A stretch of 63,993 nt of DNA, filler included, from a bacterium (GTDB lineage Bacteria > JALSQH01), in assembly GCA_027004335.1 (NCBI GenBank). It is 12 parts of 12 records of this genome, joined end to end, with 100 filler letters (N's around TTAATTAATTAA, not from the genome) between each part and the next. Parts side by side here need not be neighbours in the genome. Positions count along the whole stretch, not along the records: positions 42,065 to 46,620 come from JALTID010000056.1; positions 46,721 to 51,271 come from JALTID010000057.1; positions 51,372 to 55,909 come from JALTID010000058.1; 9 more parts are not named here. One strand, written 5' to 3'. Below the pieces are notes generated by a model. That model was not told the DNA's origin. It made no database searches and was given only the letters and a program-made list of their open reading frames with translations. This document shows positions 42,065 through 53,396 of the stretch, piece by piece. The translations under genes and the position numbers were made by a program. The stretch's first letter is position 1. The number at the start of each line of letters is the position of its first letter.

Positions 42065-42632
42065 ATATTGCATAAGCTTCATACATAACTACTGAAGCAA
42101 GAATAATTCCGGCAATAAAAATCTTAACCTCATTTCCAAGACCCAAAAGGATAATTCCATTGTAAAGAACACCCAGCATCATAATTGCTACAAAGGAATT
42201 AAATACTCCTCCTTTACCACCGGACATGGCTGTTCCGCCAATTATTACAGCCGAAATAACATACATTAAAGAATTGTCACCCATGTTCAAGGTAGCTGCT
42301 CCAGTCTCCATAGCAAAAAAGACACCACCGACTGCAGCCATCATTCCGGACAGAATAAAAGCAAAAATTGTATATTTGTCGGTATTTATTCCTGCAAGCC
42401 ATGCTGTATGCCTGTTACCACCTAACATGTAAAAATTACGACCAGTCCTGGTCTTTTTCATAAAAATTGAAGCCGCCATTACTAAAATGATTGCTAATAA
42501 TACTCTTGGGGTAACAAGAGGAAAAATCATATTTGATAACCAGTCGGATACGGCATAACCGTCTTTTGAAGGAAGGCTTACAGTATTACCGCCAGTAAAA
42601 GTATATATGGCTCCCTGAAGAATTGTCATCAT
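42065..42632 (-). pseudogene. fragment of a sugar ABC transporter permease (RbsC type) lacking its N-terminal part
   Basis: GGNRHTAWLAGI, ISAVIIGGTAMSGGKG; starts mid-protein (MMTILQG) directly after an in-frame TGA. Confidence 0.7.
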
Positions 42633-42670
42633 TCACAGGTGAATCATATTCCCCTTTTATTCAAAAGATA

Positions 42671-42694
42671 GGAGAATTTTTTAAAAATTTCTCC
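42671..42694 (-). terminator. inverted repeat just after the acylase stop (possible terminator)
   Basis: GGAGAATTTTTT / AAAAATTTCTCC. Confidence 0.35.
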
Positions 42695-42696
42695 CT

Positions 42697-45303
42697 CTAT
42701 TTTGCAAAATAGATAACCTTTTTTACATTCCCCTTCAGATCTTTTTCATTAAAAATGAGTGGAAGCAGATCTCCTCTTTCCCACATGGGAAACTGGTCAA
42801 AATCATTTCTCCAGTCTTCCTGCTGACTCCCTGGTAATATACCATAAGCCTTAACAGGTCCATCAGGACCAATCTCAACAATTAATCTGGCCGAAGCACC
42901 ATCAATGTGAAGATAATTATTCACATTATCAGCGCTTAACATTCCACCATTGTTTATGGTAAAACTATCACCATCAGCAGGATAACCCAATCTTGAATCC
43001 AGAAGCCCGGGAGAAAACATCACAGTCTTATGTAAGTTGCCCCATCTCAGGTCATAAACACTGCTTACCTTCTGCAGTTCAAGCATTTTATCTACGGCAA
43101 GTTTTAAAGCATAGAGAATGTCATAATCATGAGTTTCCGTTACAGAAGTCGTATAAACATTATCAAAAAGTGGGCTGTCTTTTTTCTCTGTCAGAATATA
43201 GTAGAGAGATTTTATATATGTACATGGCAATCCAGTTTCGGGCAGAGGAACATCATACTTTTCAGCTTCATCTTCATAAACAACTTTTTTCATATATTTT
43301 AACCATGCTTCAAAAATGGAAGACGCAGCACTATCAAGCTTCATCTGACCGTCATAATCTATTCCCCAGTAGGGGATTCCTGAGTAAACATAGTATGACC
43401 ACTTTCTCAGTAAATCCACAGCGTCATTATAATTAACATCACTGTTTGTTGACCATTGAGCTATAAGGTCAGGATGGTTTTCCGCTGCCTTTAAAATTAC
43501 AGGAACAAACTGCTCAGCCATTATTGAATAAACATCTTTCTGCATCCTCCTGGAATAATCAATATCAAGAGAGTTTATTTCCTTCCCCAGCCTTATAAGA
43601 TAATCTATTCTTGCTGCTCTATAGCCAGGCCATTTACTGAAATAGTAATAGGTGCCATTATATGTGTAAGGTGGCTCAAAATCCTCCCCATGGAGATAAC
43701 CAAAAATATCATTATTTGCTGAAGCTATGTAGCCTCTTTCAGGATTAACCAATCTGGGGAGCTTGTTGTCGGGAACATATCCAAGCCATTTCCCCTCATT
43801 ATTAACCCCATCCATTAATCGCCATGGCCTTGAACCAGGAGCTCTTATGGGGATAAGCGCATGCGGATCATAGGCAATATCACCATACTTATTACCCATA
43901 ACAAAATTCTGTGCCCCAACCCCAAAATAACTTATAGCCCTGAAAAAATCATCTACAGTGGAGGCAGTCATAAGATAGTAATACGCCTCAAACTCGTGAG
44001 TAGCATCATAACCGGGCCATCTAAAAGAAATTGCAGTTGAAGAAGTTGGAGGTTTTCCAAAAGGATCAAAAGCCTTATTATCCCACATTATTAAAACTGA
44101 ATCACCAGGTATATAGTAAATCTGCATCACAGTATTGAACCAGCTATCCTTCCCCGTGCGCAACTTATAAGGGGCTTCCACAGATTTTAGCTGGACATCA
44201 CCACCAGCTTTTCTTGCATAGTAGTGCCCATCACTTCCCTTATAAATATCCTGAGCCCACACATCCGAGACATCGTAACCTGTCATGGTAACTCCCCATG
44301 CAAGAGATTCATTGAAACCGATCATAATGCTTGGGACCCCTGAAACCGCATACCCCATAACTCTCATTTTTCCTTTTCCGTAGGTTTTAGAATCAAGATA
44401 AAATCCCTGCCAGACTGGAGGAGTCAGCAGTGGTAAATGAGGATCGTTGGAAACTATCACATTTCTATCAGTTGTGATTTTGCCAGACCACACCCAGTTA
44501 TTACTTCCCACAAATCCTGTGATCCCGAAAGCTTTCATTATTGAGGCAAGTCTATCGGAAAAACTTTTAAGAGCATCATATGAAAAATGAGTGGGGACAG
44601 GAGGTGAGTTATTAAAAGATTGTGATCCAAATAAGATAGAAGTCCTCGTAGGTTCCTTCCATCTTATCCAGTCTTCTCTGATCCGGGGTGGAAGCTTATC
44701 TTCCCAGAGTGCTCTGTTTATTTTCCAATCCACCGTTCTGATACTTGAAAGAGCAAGAAGAGCAAATCTTCCTATAGCTATTGAATCATAGGGGCTCCAC
44801 TTTTCAATAAAATCAAGCCCAAGGTCATAATTTTTGTAATCCTTAGGCAGGTCCTCCTTTCCTTCCTTGAGCCGCATAATATAAGCATTTACACCATCAA
44901 CAAATCTATCAATCTGCTTTCTTATTTTAGGAGGGGTGCCCTCATAGGTTTTTACAAGGCTTGATCTTCCATCAGGACCATAGATTGACTCTTTAACAAA
45001 CTTGTCAAACTCTGTAATGAGTGGGATCATATTGCTCACTATTGCCCCTAAATCTCCTCTGCTCAGATGCCTTAAAAAATCCAGATAAAAAAATCTACTC
45101 TTTGCCTCAAGATAACCCTGGATATAAAAGAGGTCATCATCGCTATCTGCGTAAATGTGGTAAATCCCCCACTTATCAACATATACCTTTGAGTTGCCTT
45201 CCAACCCGGGAAAGTGGATTTTTTTACTGCTGACAGGAGCATTTTTTGAACATCCGATAAAAAAATAAGCGAATAAAAAAATCAGAAATATTCCTCTTTT
45301 CAT
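42697..45303 (-). CDS. penicillin/AHL acylase-family Ntn-hydrolase lipoprotein (S45)
   Basis: Lipobox FIGC, DKWGIYHIYA, GSNNW nucleophile, NDPHL, QNF, SANN; ATG at 45303 after GGAGG. Confidence 0.92.
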   Translation of the reverse strand: MKRGIFLIFLFAYFFIGCSKNAPVSSKKIHFPGLEGNSKVYVDKWGIYHIYADSDDDLFYIQGYLEAKSRFFYLDFLRHLSRGDLGAIVSNMIPLITEFDKFVKESIYGPDGRSSLVKTYEGTPPKIRKQIDRFVDGVNAYIMRLKEGKEDLPKDYKNYDLGLDFIEKWSPYDSIAIGRFALLALSSIRTVDWKINRALWEDKLPPRIREDWIRWKEPTRTSILFGSQSFNNSPPVPTHFSYDALKSFSDRLASIMKAFGITGFVGSNNWVWSGKITTDRNVIVSNDPHLPLLTPPVWQGFYLDSKTYGKGKMRVMGYAVSGVPSIMIGFNESLAWGVTMTGYDVSDVWAQDIYKGSDGHYYARKAGGDVQLKSVEAPYKLRTGKDSWFNTVMQIYYIPGDSVLIMWDNKAFDPFGKPPTSSTAISFRWPGYDATHEFEAYYYLMTASTVDDFFRAISYFGVGAQNFVMGNKYGDIAYDPHALIPIRAPGSRPWRLMDGVNNEGKWLGYVPDNKLPRLVNPERGYIASANNDIFGYLHGEDFEPPYTYNGTYYYFSKWPGYRAARIDYLIRLGKEINSLDIDYSRRMQKDVYSIMAEQFVPVILKAAENHPDLIAQWSTNSDVNYNDAVDLLRKWSYYVYSGIPYWGIDYDGQMKLDSAASSIFEAWLKYMKKVVYEDEAEKYDVPLPETGLPCTYIKSLYYILTEKKDSPLFDNVYTTSVTETHDYDILYALKLAVDKMLELQKVSSVYDLRWGNLHKTVMFSPGLLDSRLGYPADGDSFTINNGGMLSADNVNNYLHIDGASARLIVEIGPDGPVKAYGILPGSQQEDWRNDFDQFPMWERGDLLPLIFNEKDLKGNVKKVIYFAK

Positions 45304-45327
45304 CAACAACCTCCACTCAAGGAAGAA

Positions 45328-45413
45328 TGGTGCCCGGGGCCGGACTCGAACCGGCACGGGGAACACCCAGTAGATTTTGAGTCTACCGCGTCTACCAGTT
45401 CCGCCACCCGGGC
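45328..45413 (-). tRNA. tRNA-Leu(CAA)
   Basis: GCCCGGG/CCCGGGC acceptor stem, GTAGA-CT-CAA-AA-TCTAC anticodon arm, long variable arm, GTTCGAG, encoded CCA. Confidence 0.97.
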
Positions 45414-45424
45414 CTGTAAGGAGA

Positions 45425-45452
45425 ATTTTATCACAAAGTTTTTTTCTTTCAA
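45425..45452 (-). promoter_or_regulatory. promoter of tRNA-Leu, TTGAAA-N16-TAAAAT with TGn extension
   Basis: Lies 11 nt upstream of the mature tRNA 5' end. Confidence 0.6.
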
Positions 45453-45502
45453 AGAAGATAATGAGACAAAAAGAATAAGTATATAGCCACTAACTTTCGT
45501 TA

Positions 45503-46620
45503 TCAATAAGGAGAAAGGTAAAAAGAAATATTTTCAAATCGTCTCCTTTTAAGGTTTAATCTTGTTATCCTTAACTTTTCAATTGCAACATGATCCTCAG
45601 GTGAGAAAGAAACGGGATAAGATAATCCTCCAGTAGAAAACCCTCTTGTAGACTCCATGGATTTTTTCAATTTTTCTCCAGTAACTTCCCCCTTAACTTT
45701 CTTCAAAGCTTCAACAAAAAGCATGGCGTTAAAAGCGCCTTCAATATAATAAACAGGTTGTTTTTTATTGCCATGGTACTCTCTGGATATTGATTTGATC
45801 AGAGTTACGCCATGTACATTCTCGTTCCATAGAGCAAAATAATTTATAGTGAAAATCTTTGCAGGAAAATTTGAAGGGACACCTTTAGCAACTTTTGAAT
45901 CAAATGTATAAAAAGTACCAAAGAGAGCAAGAGGATTATAATCAGGAATTGAGGAAATAATTTTCACCACTGATAAAAATGGACCTGGAGTTGTATGCAG
46001 AATAAGTATTGGAGGCCTCTTTTCTTCAAGTAATTTTTTAAGCTTTTCTTCATCCCTGGGCGCGGGACGTAGAGAATATAAATAAACAAAAGAGATATTA
46101 ACCGTACCCTCTGCATATCTTTTAACATCGGGGAGAGGAGCTGTGCCAAAGTCAGTGGGATTACTTATGATCCCTACATCTCTATTTTCAAATTTCCTGC
46201 TAGTTGCAATGAATTTTATAATTGAATTCATTTCATCTGAGTAACTTAAAGCTGTGAGGAACATGTAATGATTATCAGGAGGGAGAATCAGTTTCTTACA
46301 TAGGGAAGCTGGAATATATGGGATATGATTTCTTTCCATTATCGGCTTTAACTTAAGACTATCTCCTGTACCCCATCCTATAATACCAATCACATGATCA
46401 TCATAGATCAAATTTTTTGCATAACTTAGGGACTTATTAACATCGTACCTGTAATCGTAATACTTCAACACAATCTTTTGACCGTTTATACCTCCTTTAG
46501 AGTTAATATACCTTAGATAATCCCTCACTCCATAAAAATATGGCTTTCCCACAGAAGCAGTAGGACCAGAAAGATCAAAAAGACCCCCTAAATAAATTTC
46601 TCCACCTATCAAGAAAAAAG
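45503..46620 (-). CDS. LivJ-type ABC substrate-binding protein, 5'-truncated
   Basis: DLSGPTASVG, INSKGGING, GWGTG, FSPEDH. Confidence 0.88.
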
Positions 46621-46720
46621 NNNNNNNNNNNNNNNNNNNNNNNNNNNNNNNNNNNNNNNNNNNNTTAATTAATTAANNNNNNNNNNNNNNNNNNNNNNNN
46701 NNNNNNNNNNNNNNNNNNNN

Positions 46721-47038
46721 GCATTTCCACTTCCAGTGCTTGCCGAAAGACTTGAAAGGTTGAGAAAACTTATGGCTAAAGATGAGTCTATAAGGTCTCT
46801 TTTTGAACAATATGCAGGAGCTGTCAGAGTTCTTGTTGATTCTCAGGGAAGGATTGTGATACCGAGAAGTCTAAGGGAAGGTAAGCTTTCAAATCATTTA
46901 ATGGTGGTTGGTAGGCTGGATCATTTCATAATATGGGATGTCTCTTACTATGAAGAAATAAATTCCCGCAGGAAGGAAAAAATACCTGAGGTCAAAGAAT
47001 CACTTAAAGATAGCGGGAATTTTGACTTAATAATTTAA
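46721..47038 (+). CDS. mraZ: MraZ, 5'-truncated
   Basis: DSQGRIVIP, VVG..DHFIIWD; upstream of rsmH. Confidence 0.85.
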   Translation, partial: AFPLPVLAERLERLRKLMAKDESIRSLFEQYAGAVRVLVDSQGRIVIPRSLREGKLSNHLMVVGRLDHFIIWDVSYYEEINSRRKEKIPEVKESLKDSGNFDLII

Positions 47039-47054
47039 TTTTGCGAGGTAGTTG

Positions 47055-47951
47055 ATGTTCTCAGTGAAGAAAAAAATTTTTCACAAGCCGGTGTTGAAGA
47101 AAGAGGTATTAAAATTTTTGCCGGAGAAAGAAAAGGGAAATTATTTTGACCTTACCTTCGGTAGCGGTGGTCATACAGAAGAAATTCTCAGGGCTATTTC
47201 TGATAAAAGTAAAATTTATGTTATTGATATTTATAAAGAAGCATGTCAAATGGCTCATAATCTTGCATTAAGGGATTCCAGGGTAACCCCTATCTGCAAG
47301 AATTTCAGGAATCTGAAAGAGATTTACCGGGAATGTTGTAATGATGAGAAATTTGATTTTATTATGGCTGACCTGGGTCTCTCCATGGATCTAATAAAAA
47401 GTAGTGGCAGAGGTTTTACCTTTATGAAGGATGAACCATTGGATATGAGATTTGGAGATTCACCTGTAACTGCAGAAGAGGTGATTAATTCCTATCCACC
47501 AGATAAACTTGAAAAAATTTTCAGAGAATATGGAGAGGAACCCCTTGCCAGGAAGATCGCAATAGAAATTGTTAGAGAAAGAAGAAAGAGAAGAATAGCT
47601 TCTACCGGACAGCTTGTAAAAATAATAGAGAAAGTAAAGCGCAGAAAAAGTAGAATTCATCCCGCTACTCAGGTTTTTCAGGCTTTGAGGATAGAGGTTA
47701 ATAATGAACTTGAGAACCTTAAAAAGATGCTTGAGTTTATCCCTGAGATAATGGTAGAAAATGGGATCTTTGTTGTGATCTCCTATCATTCTCTGGAGGA
47801 CAGGGTTGTCAAAATATTTGTGAAAAACTGGGAAAAGAGCGATCTTGGGACGAGAATAAATAAGAAAGTGATTGTTCCATCTGGGGAAGAAGTCAAATTG
47901 AATCCTGCCTCAAGAAGCGCAAGAATGCGGGTTTTTAAATTCAGGGGGTAA
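47055..47951 (+). CDS. rsmH: 16S rRNA m4C1402 methyltransferase
   Basis: HKPVL, DLTFGSGGH, DLGLS, PLDMR, HPATQVFQALRIEVNNEL, SYHSLEDR. Confidence 0.96.
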   Translation: MFSVKKKIFHKPVLKKEVLKFLPEKEKGNYFDLTFGSGGHTEEILRAISDKSKIYVIDIYKEACQMAHNLALRDSRVTPICKNFRNLKEIYRECCNDEKFDFIMADLGLSMDLIKSSGRGFTFMKDEPLDMRFGDSPVTAEEVINSYPPDKLEKIFREYGEEPLARKIAIEIVRERRKRRIASTGQLVKIIEKVKRRKSRIHPATQVFQALRIEVNNELENLKKMLEFIPEIMVENGIFVVISYHSLEDRVVKIFVKNWEKSDLGTRINKKVIVPSGEEVKLNPASRSARMRVFKFRG

Positions 47952-48290
47952 ATGATGAATAGTCAGATAACTGTCAGTAATTCCATTACATTTGTGAAGG
48001 CAAAGGAAAGAAGCGGAATAAAACATCTTACAGTAACTTTTTTCCTTCTTGGAATTTTTTTCATGATAATTCTCTTTTCTGCTTTCTTCAAAACAGAAGT
48101 TATTTTAACCAAATACAGTGTTTCTCATCTCAATCGTGAGCTTGTAACGGTTAAGAGTGAGAATAAAAAGTTGGAGTACATATATAGCGAGGAAACCTCT
48201 ATTCCTGCTTTGAAAGAATGGGCGGAGGAGCATGGTTTCAGGCCTGTGAAGGAGGGGGAGTATTTCCTTGTAAGAGATGAAAGTAAATAG
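47952..48290 (+). CDS. ftsL: cell division protein FtsL-like
   Basis: Single TM plus coiled coil, between rsmH and ftsI. Confidence 0.7.
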   Translation: MMNSQITVSNSITFVKAKERSGIKHLTVTFFLLGIFFMIILFSAFFKTEVILTKYSVSHLNRELVTVKSENKKLEYIYSEETSIPALKEWAEEHGFRPVKEGEYFLVRDESK

Positions 48291-50043
48291 ATTAACTCAG
48301 AGAATTATTATTGGTGGTTATATTGCGGGGATAGTTTTCATATGGGGGCGCCTTTTCCTGATTCAGGTAGTTTTAAAGGACAAATACAGGGTAACATGGA
48401 GGAAGAGACATGAGAAGGTCGTAAAGGTAATTCCTTACAGAGGCGAAATTATAAGTGATGATGGAGTAATACTTGCCATAAGTACTGCTGTTCCTTCTCT
48501 TTACGCTGATCCTGAATTTTACAGAGATAATTACAATGATAATTCTCCAGAAATCCTGGCGAAATTACTGAGGATCAAGAATATCAGAGAAAAACTTGGT
48601 GATCTGGATTCAAATTTTGTCTGGCTCAGGAGGTTTCTTACGAAGAGTGAAGTGAAAAAAGTTGAGTGGCTTAAGAAAAAATTACTTAGATGGAAGTACT
48701 ATCAGTGGAGAAAAGCAAGAGAAGAGGGGAAAAAAACTACACTTGTAAAATACCCATGGTTTGGTTTGCAAAAGGAATTTAAGAGAAAGTATCCCAATGG
48801 GAAACTATCAGGTCAAGTAATTGGATTTACAGGTGAAAGATGGGGCAGATACGATGGAAGAGGTATTACAGGTATTGAAGCTTCTTTTGATCAGTACCTT
48901 TTAAGTAAAGAAAAAAAGTACAAACTTCTCACGGATGGCTGGAAAAGAGTACTGACAGATAGAGTGCTTATACCTGATTCTTGGGATGGTTACAATGTTT
49001 ATCTCACAATAGATGCTTCATTCCAGGATGAAGTGGAGGAATTTCTTGAAGAGGGAGTGAAAAATGCAGAGGCAAAAAGAGGAATGGCTATCGTGATGAA
49101 TCCCTATACAGGTGAAATTCTTGCAATGGCAAATTATCCATTCTTTGATCCCAATCAGCGTAAGGAAACTACCCTTAAAGATTCCTTGGACCTCTGCATC
49201 AGCTACAGTTTTGAGCCCGGATCGGTGGTCAAACCCTTTATCATTGCTGGTGCCATTGATAGAGGTTTGCTCGGGATAAATGATATTTTCTACGCGGAGG
49301 AAGGGACATATCATTTGAATGGAGCAATTATTCATGATCATGAAAGGTATGGGTATCTGAGTGTTCCCGATATTATTAAATTTTCAAGTAACATAGGTAT
49401 GACAAAGATTGCTATGAGACTTGGGAAATTAACAGTTTTTAACATATTAAGAAGCTTCGGTTTCGGAGAAAAAACTGGAATTGAACTTCCAATGGAAGCA
49501 TCAGGCTTTTTTAGAAAACTGAGAGAATGGTATGATGCGGATCTTGCGAATGCTTCATTTGGGCAGGGATTCAGAGTCACTTTAATTCAGCTTGTTACCG
49601 CAATGGCTGTTATTGCCAATGGTGGTTTAAGGATCACTCCCAGGATTGTGAAATATGTGAAGAATGAAAGGGGTACCACTATTTACAGAGAAGAGATTCC
49701 TGAAGTAAAGGGAAGGGTGATTAAGGAAAGAACAGCCAGGATTATGAAGTGGATGCTTGAAAGAGTGATCCAGAAAGGTGGCACAGGGATTCTTGCAGGT
49801 ATAGATGGTATTAAGGTAGCGGGAAAAACCGGTACAGCCCAGAAGTGGGTTGGTGAGTACACAAGAAAGTATTATACTGCCAGTTTTGTGGGCTTCTTAC
49901 CAGCTGATCATCCGATGTGGGTAATAGGAGTGGTTATTGATGAACCTCAAAAAAAGATTTATGGTGGTACGGCTGCAGCTCCAATTTTTAGAAAGATAGC
50001 TGAGGAACTACTGGTAAGAAGCCACTATTTAACATTGAAGTAA
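48277..50043 (+). CDS. ftsI: class B penicillin-binding protein FtsI
   Basis: EPGSVVK, SSN, GKTGTAQ; dcw cluster position. Confidence 0.92.
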   Translation: MKVNRLTQRIIIGGYIAGIVFIWGRLFLIQVVLKDKYRVTWRKRHEKVVKVIPYRGEIISDDGVILAISTAVPSLYADPEFYRDNYNDNSPEILAKLLRIKNIREKLGDLDSNFVWLRRFLTKSEVKKVEWLKKKLLRWKYYQWRKAREEGKKTTLVKYPWFGLQKEFKRKYPNGKLSGQVIGFTGERWGRYDGRGITGIEASFDQYLLSKEKKYKLLTDGWKRVLTDRVLIPDSWDGYNVYLTIDASFQDEVEEFLEEGVKNAEAKRGMAIVMNPYTGEILAMANYPFFDPNQRKETTLKDSLDLCISYSFEPGSVVKPFIIAGAIDRGLLGINDIFYAEEGTYHLNGAIIHDHERYGYLSVPDIIKFSSNIGMTKIAMRLGKLTVFNILRSFGFGEKTGIELPMEASGFFRKLREWYDADLANASFGQGFRVTLIQLVTAMAVIANGGLRITPRIVKYVKNERGTTIYREEIPEVKGRVIKERTARIMKWMLERVIQKGGTGILAGIDGIKVAGKTGTAQKWVGEYTRKYYTASFVGFLPADHPMWVIGVVIDEPQKKIYGGTAAAPIFRKIAEELLVRSHYLTLK

Positions 50044-50045
50044 TT

Positions 50046-51271
50046 ATGAAAGTATTAACTGGTGACGAATTCTTAAAAATTGTGGAACCTATAAGTATTT
50101 CTGGAGTGATAGAAAAGAAACTCTTAATTCCTCTTGTTACTGCTGATTCAAGAGAAGTGGCGGAAGATTCGGTCTTTGTAGCAGTAAGAGGAGAATTTCA
50201 TGATGGCCATGATTTTATAGAGGATGCCTACGGAAAAGGAGCAAAAATTGTAATTGGAGAGCTAAATTATACCCCTGAAGAGGGTAAGGCTTATATTAGA
50301 GTCGCTAATTCACTTGCAGTAGAGAGGAAGTTGTTGAAGTGGTTTTATGATCATCCCGATGAGGAGATGACAATAATTGGAATAACCGGTACCAACGGGA
50401 AGACTACGGTAACTTATTTACTTGAAAGTATTTTTCAGGCTGCAGCTAAAAAAACAGGAGTGGTGGGTACGGTATCGTGGAGATACGATAAAAAAAGTGT
50501 GACTTCATCCAATACNNNNNNNNNNCACCAGGTTTTAATACGATTATAAAACTACTTTCAGAAATGGCTGATTCCGGTGTAGAAGCAGTTTTTATGGAGG
50601 TGAGTTCTCACGGACTCAGACAGAGAAGAGTAGATGGACTGAATTTTAATGGGGCTATTTTTACCAATCTTTCAAGGGATCACCTTGATTACCACGGTAA
50701 TATGGGGAATTATTTTGAGTCAAAAAAATTGCTTTTTTCCAGGATATTAAGAAATAGCAATAAAGAAGTCTGGGGACTTGTTAATTGTGATGATCCTTAT
50801 GGAAAAAAGATAAAAGAAGAGATCTCAGATTATCCAGTTTACTGCTATGGGTCAGAGAGTGGGAATAGCTTCATTGTGGAGTGGAAAGAAGAAAATTTTA
50901 TGCTGCTTGCGAAACTCAAAATCTTTGAAGAAGAATGTAAGGTGGAGAGTAATCTTTTTGGGAGATACAATCTTCTCAATATACTTGCTGCTTCTACCGC
51001 GGCGCATCTCACAGGTATTGACTGCAAGGCAATTTCAAAAGGGGTAAAAAATCTGAAAAGTGTTCCCGGACGACTTGAGAAGATCCCTCTGAGTAATAGT
51101 GCTATTGCTATAATTGATTATGCACATACCCCTGATGCCGTAGGAAAAGTCTTAAGAGAGCTGAAGAGAATCATGTCGGGAAAAGGTAAATTAATATCGG
51201 TTCTTGGAGCCGGTGGAGATAGAGATAAGGGTAAAAGGAAACCGATGGGGATGATGGCCGGGAAATTTTCT
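50046..51271 (+). CDS. murE: UDP-MurNAc-tripeptide ligase; split only by the N-gap at 50516-50525; 3'-truncated
   Basis: DSR, GTNGKTT, NT(T)PG across the gap, MEVSSH, DHLDYH, DYAHTPD, GGDRD. Confidence 0.95.
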
Positions 51272-51371
51272 NNNNNNNNNNNNNNNNNNNNNNNNNNNNN
51301 NNNNNNNNNNNNNNNTTAATTAATTAANNNNNNNNNNNNNNNNNNNNNNNNNNNNNNNNNNNNNNNNNNNN

Positions 51372-53396
51372 ATCATAATCATAAGCTGTCATTTTTAATT
51401 TGAATTTATCTTCTGGACCTGGGTTTTTTTCAAGTAAAAGTTGGTTTCTGACTCCTCTTATGGCAGGATCACAACGAAGATTTCTCAAAGAGAAAACCTC
51501 CTGTGGGGATAGCTGAAACCCTTCGTTTCTAACTTTTTCTCTTGCAACTTCTTCTACGAGAGAACAAAAAAGAAGCTTTTTAGAAAAAATAATCCCTTCA
51601 TCATCTAACTCTTTAACCTGCTTTCTGGAAAGATCACCACTTTCGCTTAGCAAGCCTGTCCAGTGGGCAAGTTTTTCAATATCTTCTTCCGGGCTCATAT
51701 TAAAAAGATTAAAGAGAAGATTAATCGTAGCCAGATTCTCTGAGTAGGCGCCCGCCCATGCAAGAGAAACAATTTTAGTGTGAGGAGGATGATCAGGTCT
51801 TGGAAAATAAATTTGCCCCTGATAAATATACATCTCCCTTTCATCAGGATAAGGATCAGTATTCAACTGCCCCAAAAGGAAATATTCAAGGTAAAGTGGT
51901 ATCTTAAAAATTGAACCATGTTGCCTTTTGGCTATCCACGCCCTATTGTAAAATAAATTGGAGAAACCTCCTACCATTGCCTTTATTTTTCCAGCCTGAG
52001 TAACAAGCACTGCTCCCTGGAGGAGGGGAAGTTTTTCTACACATAAATTTTTCCCGTCATAGCTGAGAAGTACGAAATTTCCTCTTCTTAATCTTCTCAT
52101 AAATCTCCTTACAGCTGCCCCTGGAGACACCCATTTACCACTTCTGTAAAAATAATCTGCAGTAGCTATCTCAGGACACTTTTTAACATCTACTTTCTTA
52201 ACAAGGGGAGAGGGTGCTTTAAGGAAAACAGAAAACTCTGATGCCTTTTTAGCCATAATTTTTCCAATGTAAAATCCTTTCTCAAGTTGTGGATAACTGG
52301 GTACAAACTTCACATCAGGAGATTGGTACCCCTTTAAGATAGTATCTAATAAAGATAGCCTTTTTCTCAAAGTAAAAATAGCCTCTTTCTCTATATCATA
52401 ATCAAGGGAAGTATAAATTTTAAGACCAGCGGTATAAATATTTTTAATCCCAAGAGCATCCCACAATTCCTGAAACTCTGGGCTCTCAAGTACCTGTGAG
52501 ATTACATCCATCATCACATTTGGTTTCTGCTTAAACACCCCCATCCTGAAATTAAGCTTCTCCTTCAAAGCCCTTTCATATGTTGATCTGCTAATGAAAC
52601 CATCTGCATACATCCTGGTTAACACATACTTAATCCTTTTATTTATCCTCTTCCAGATCTTTTTCTCTTCTTCTTTGTTTTTCGCCCTGAAAATATCATA
52701 TCTTGCCGGTCCCTTAACAGAACCAGCTATAAATGCGCACTCTTTCAGTGTGAGATCACCTACATCTTTGTTAAAAAAATAGCGTGCAGCAACCCCGATC
52801 CCTCTTCCCTGTCCCTTTACATAAAACTGGTTTAGATAGAATTCCAGGATTTCATTTTTAGTGTAATATCTTTCAAGTCTCAGGGCATTTACAAGCTCTC
52901 TGATCTTCTCAGTAACAGTTCTTCCCCTTCTTCCAAAAAGATTCTTTGCCGTCTGCTGGGTGATAGTACTACCTCCCTGAACAATCCTGCCAGCTTTTAA
53001 ATCAACAAATAACGCTCTTAACATCGCAATGGGGTTAAAACCAGGATGTTTGTAAAACCATTTATCTTCCGCAGCAATAACTGCTTCCTTACATGTAAGG
53101 GGGATTCTGGAGAGCGGGACATAAATTCTATAGGATGTACCAAAAAATGAACCTACTTCATGTTTACCATCATCATAATATACAACAGTATGTCTTGCAA
53201 GGATTTTCATAATATTTTCACGGCGAATATTTTTACCCGGGAACCACACGATAAGGAGGTAATACATAAAAGTTAAAAATGCTGCAGTCACAGCAGTAAC
53301 ACCAATAAAATAAAGAACGAGCTTTCTCACCAGATGAGACTTTTTAACCTTTTGAGAAGATTTTTTCTTTACTCTCTTACTTCTTTTCTTAGCCAC
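51372..53396 (-). CDS. class A PBP (transglycosylase/transpeptidase), 3'-truncated
   Basis: AAED..HPG, GGSTITQQTAKN, ILEFYLN, GSIFK, SEN. Confidence 0.9.

Noticed and set aside
45303..45506. 67-aa ORF and an N-terminal extension of the acylase ORF
   Set aside because: Both overlap tRNA-Leu; the true acylase start is 45303
50046..51271. Apparent frameshifts or insertions in murE, the HEAT gene (56939), the secreted protein (28510) and the FAD oxidoreductase (32347)
   Set aside because: Each coincides with a 10-N scaffold gap; at 32347 the flanks duplicate TCAAT
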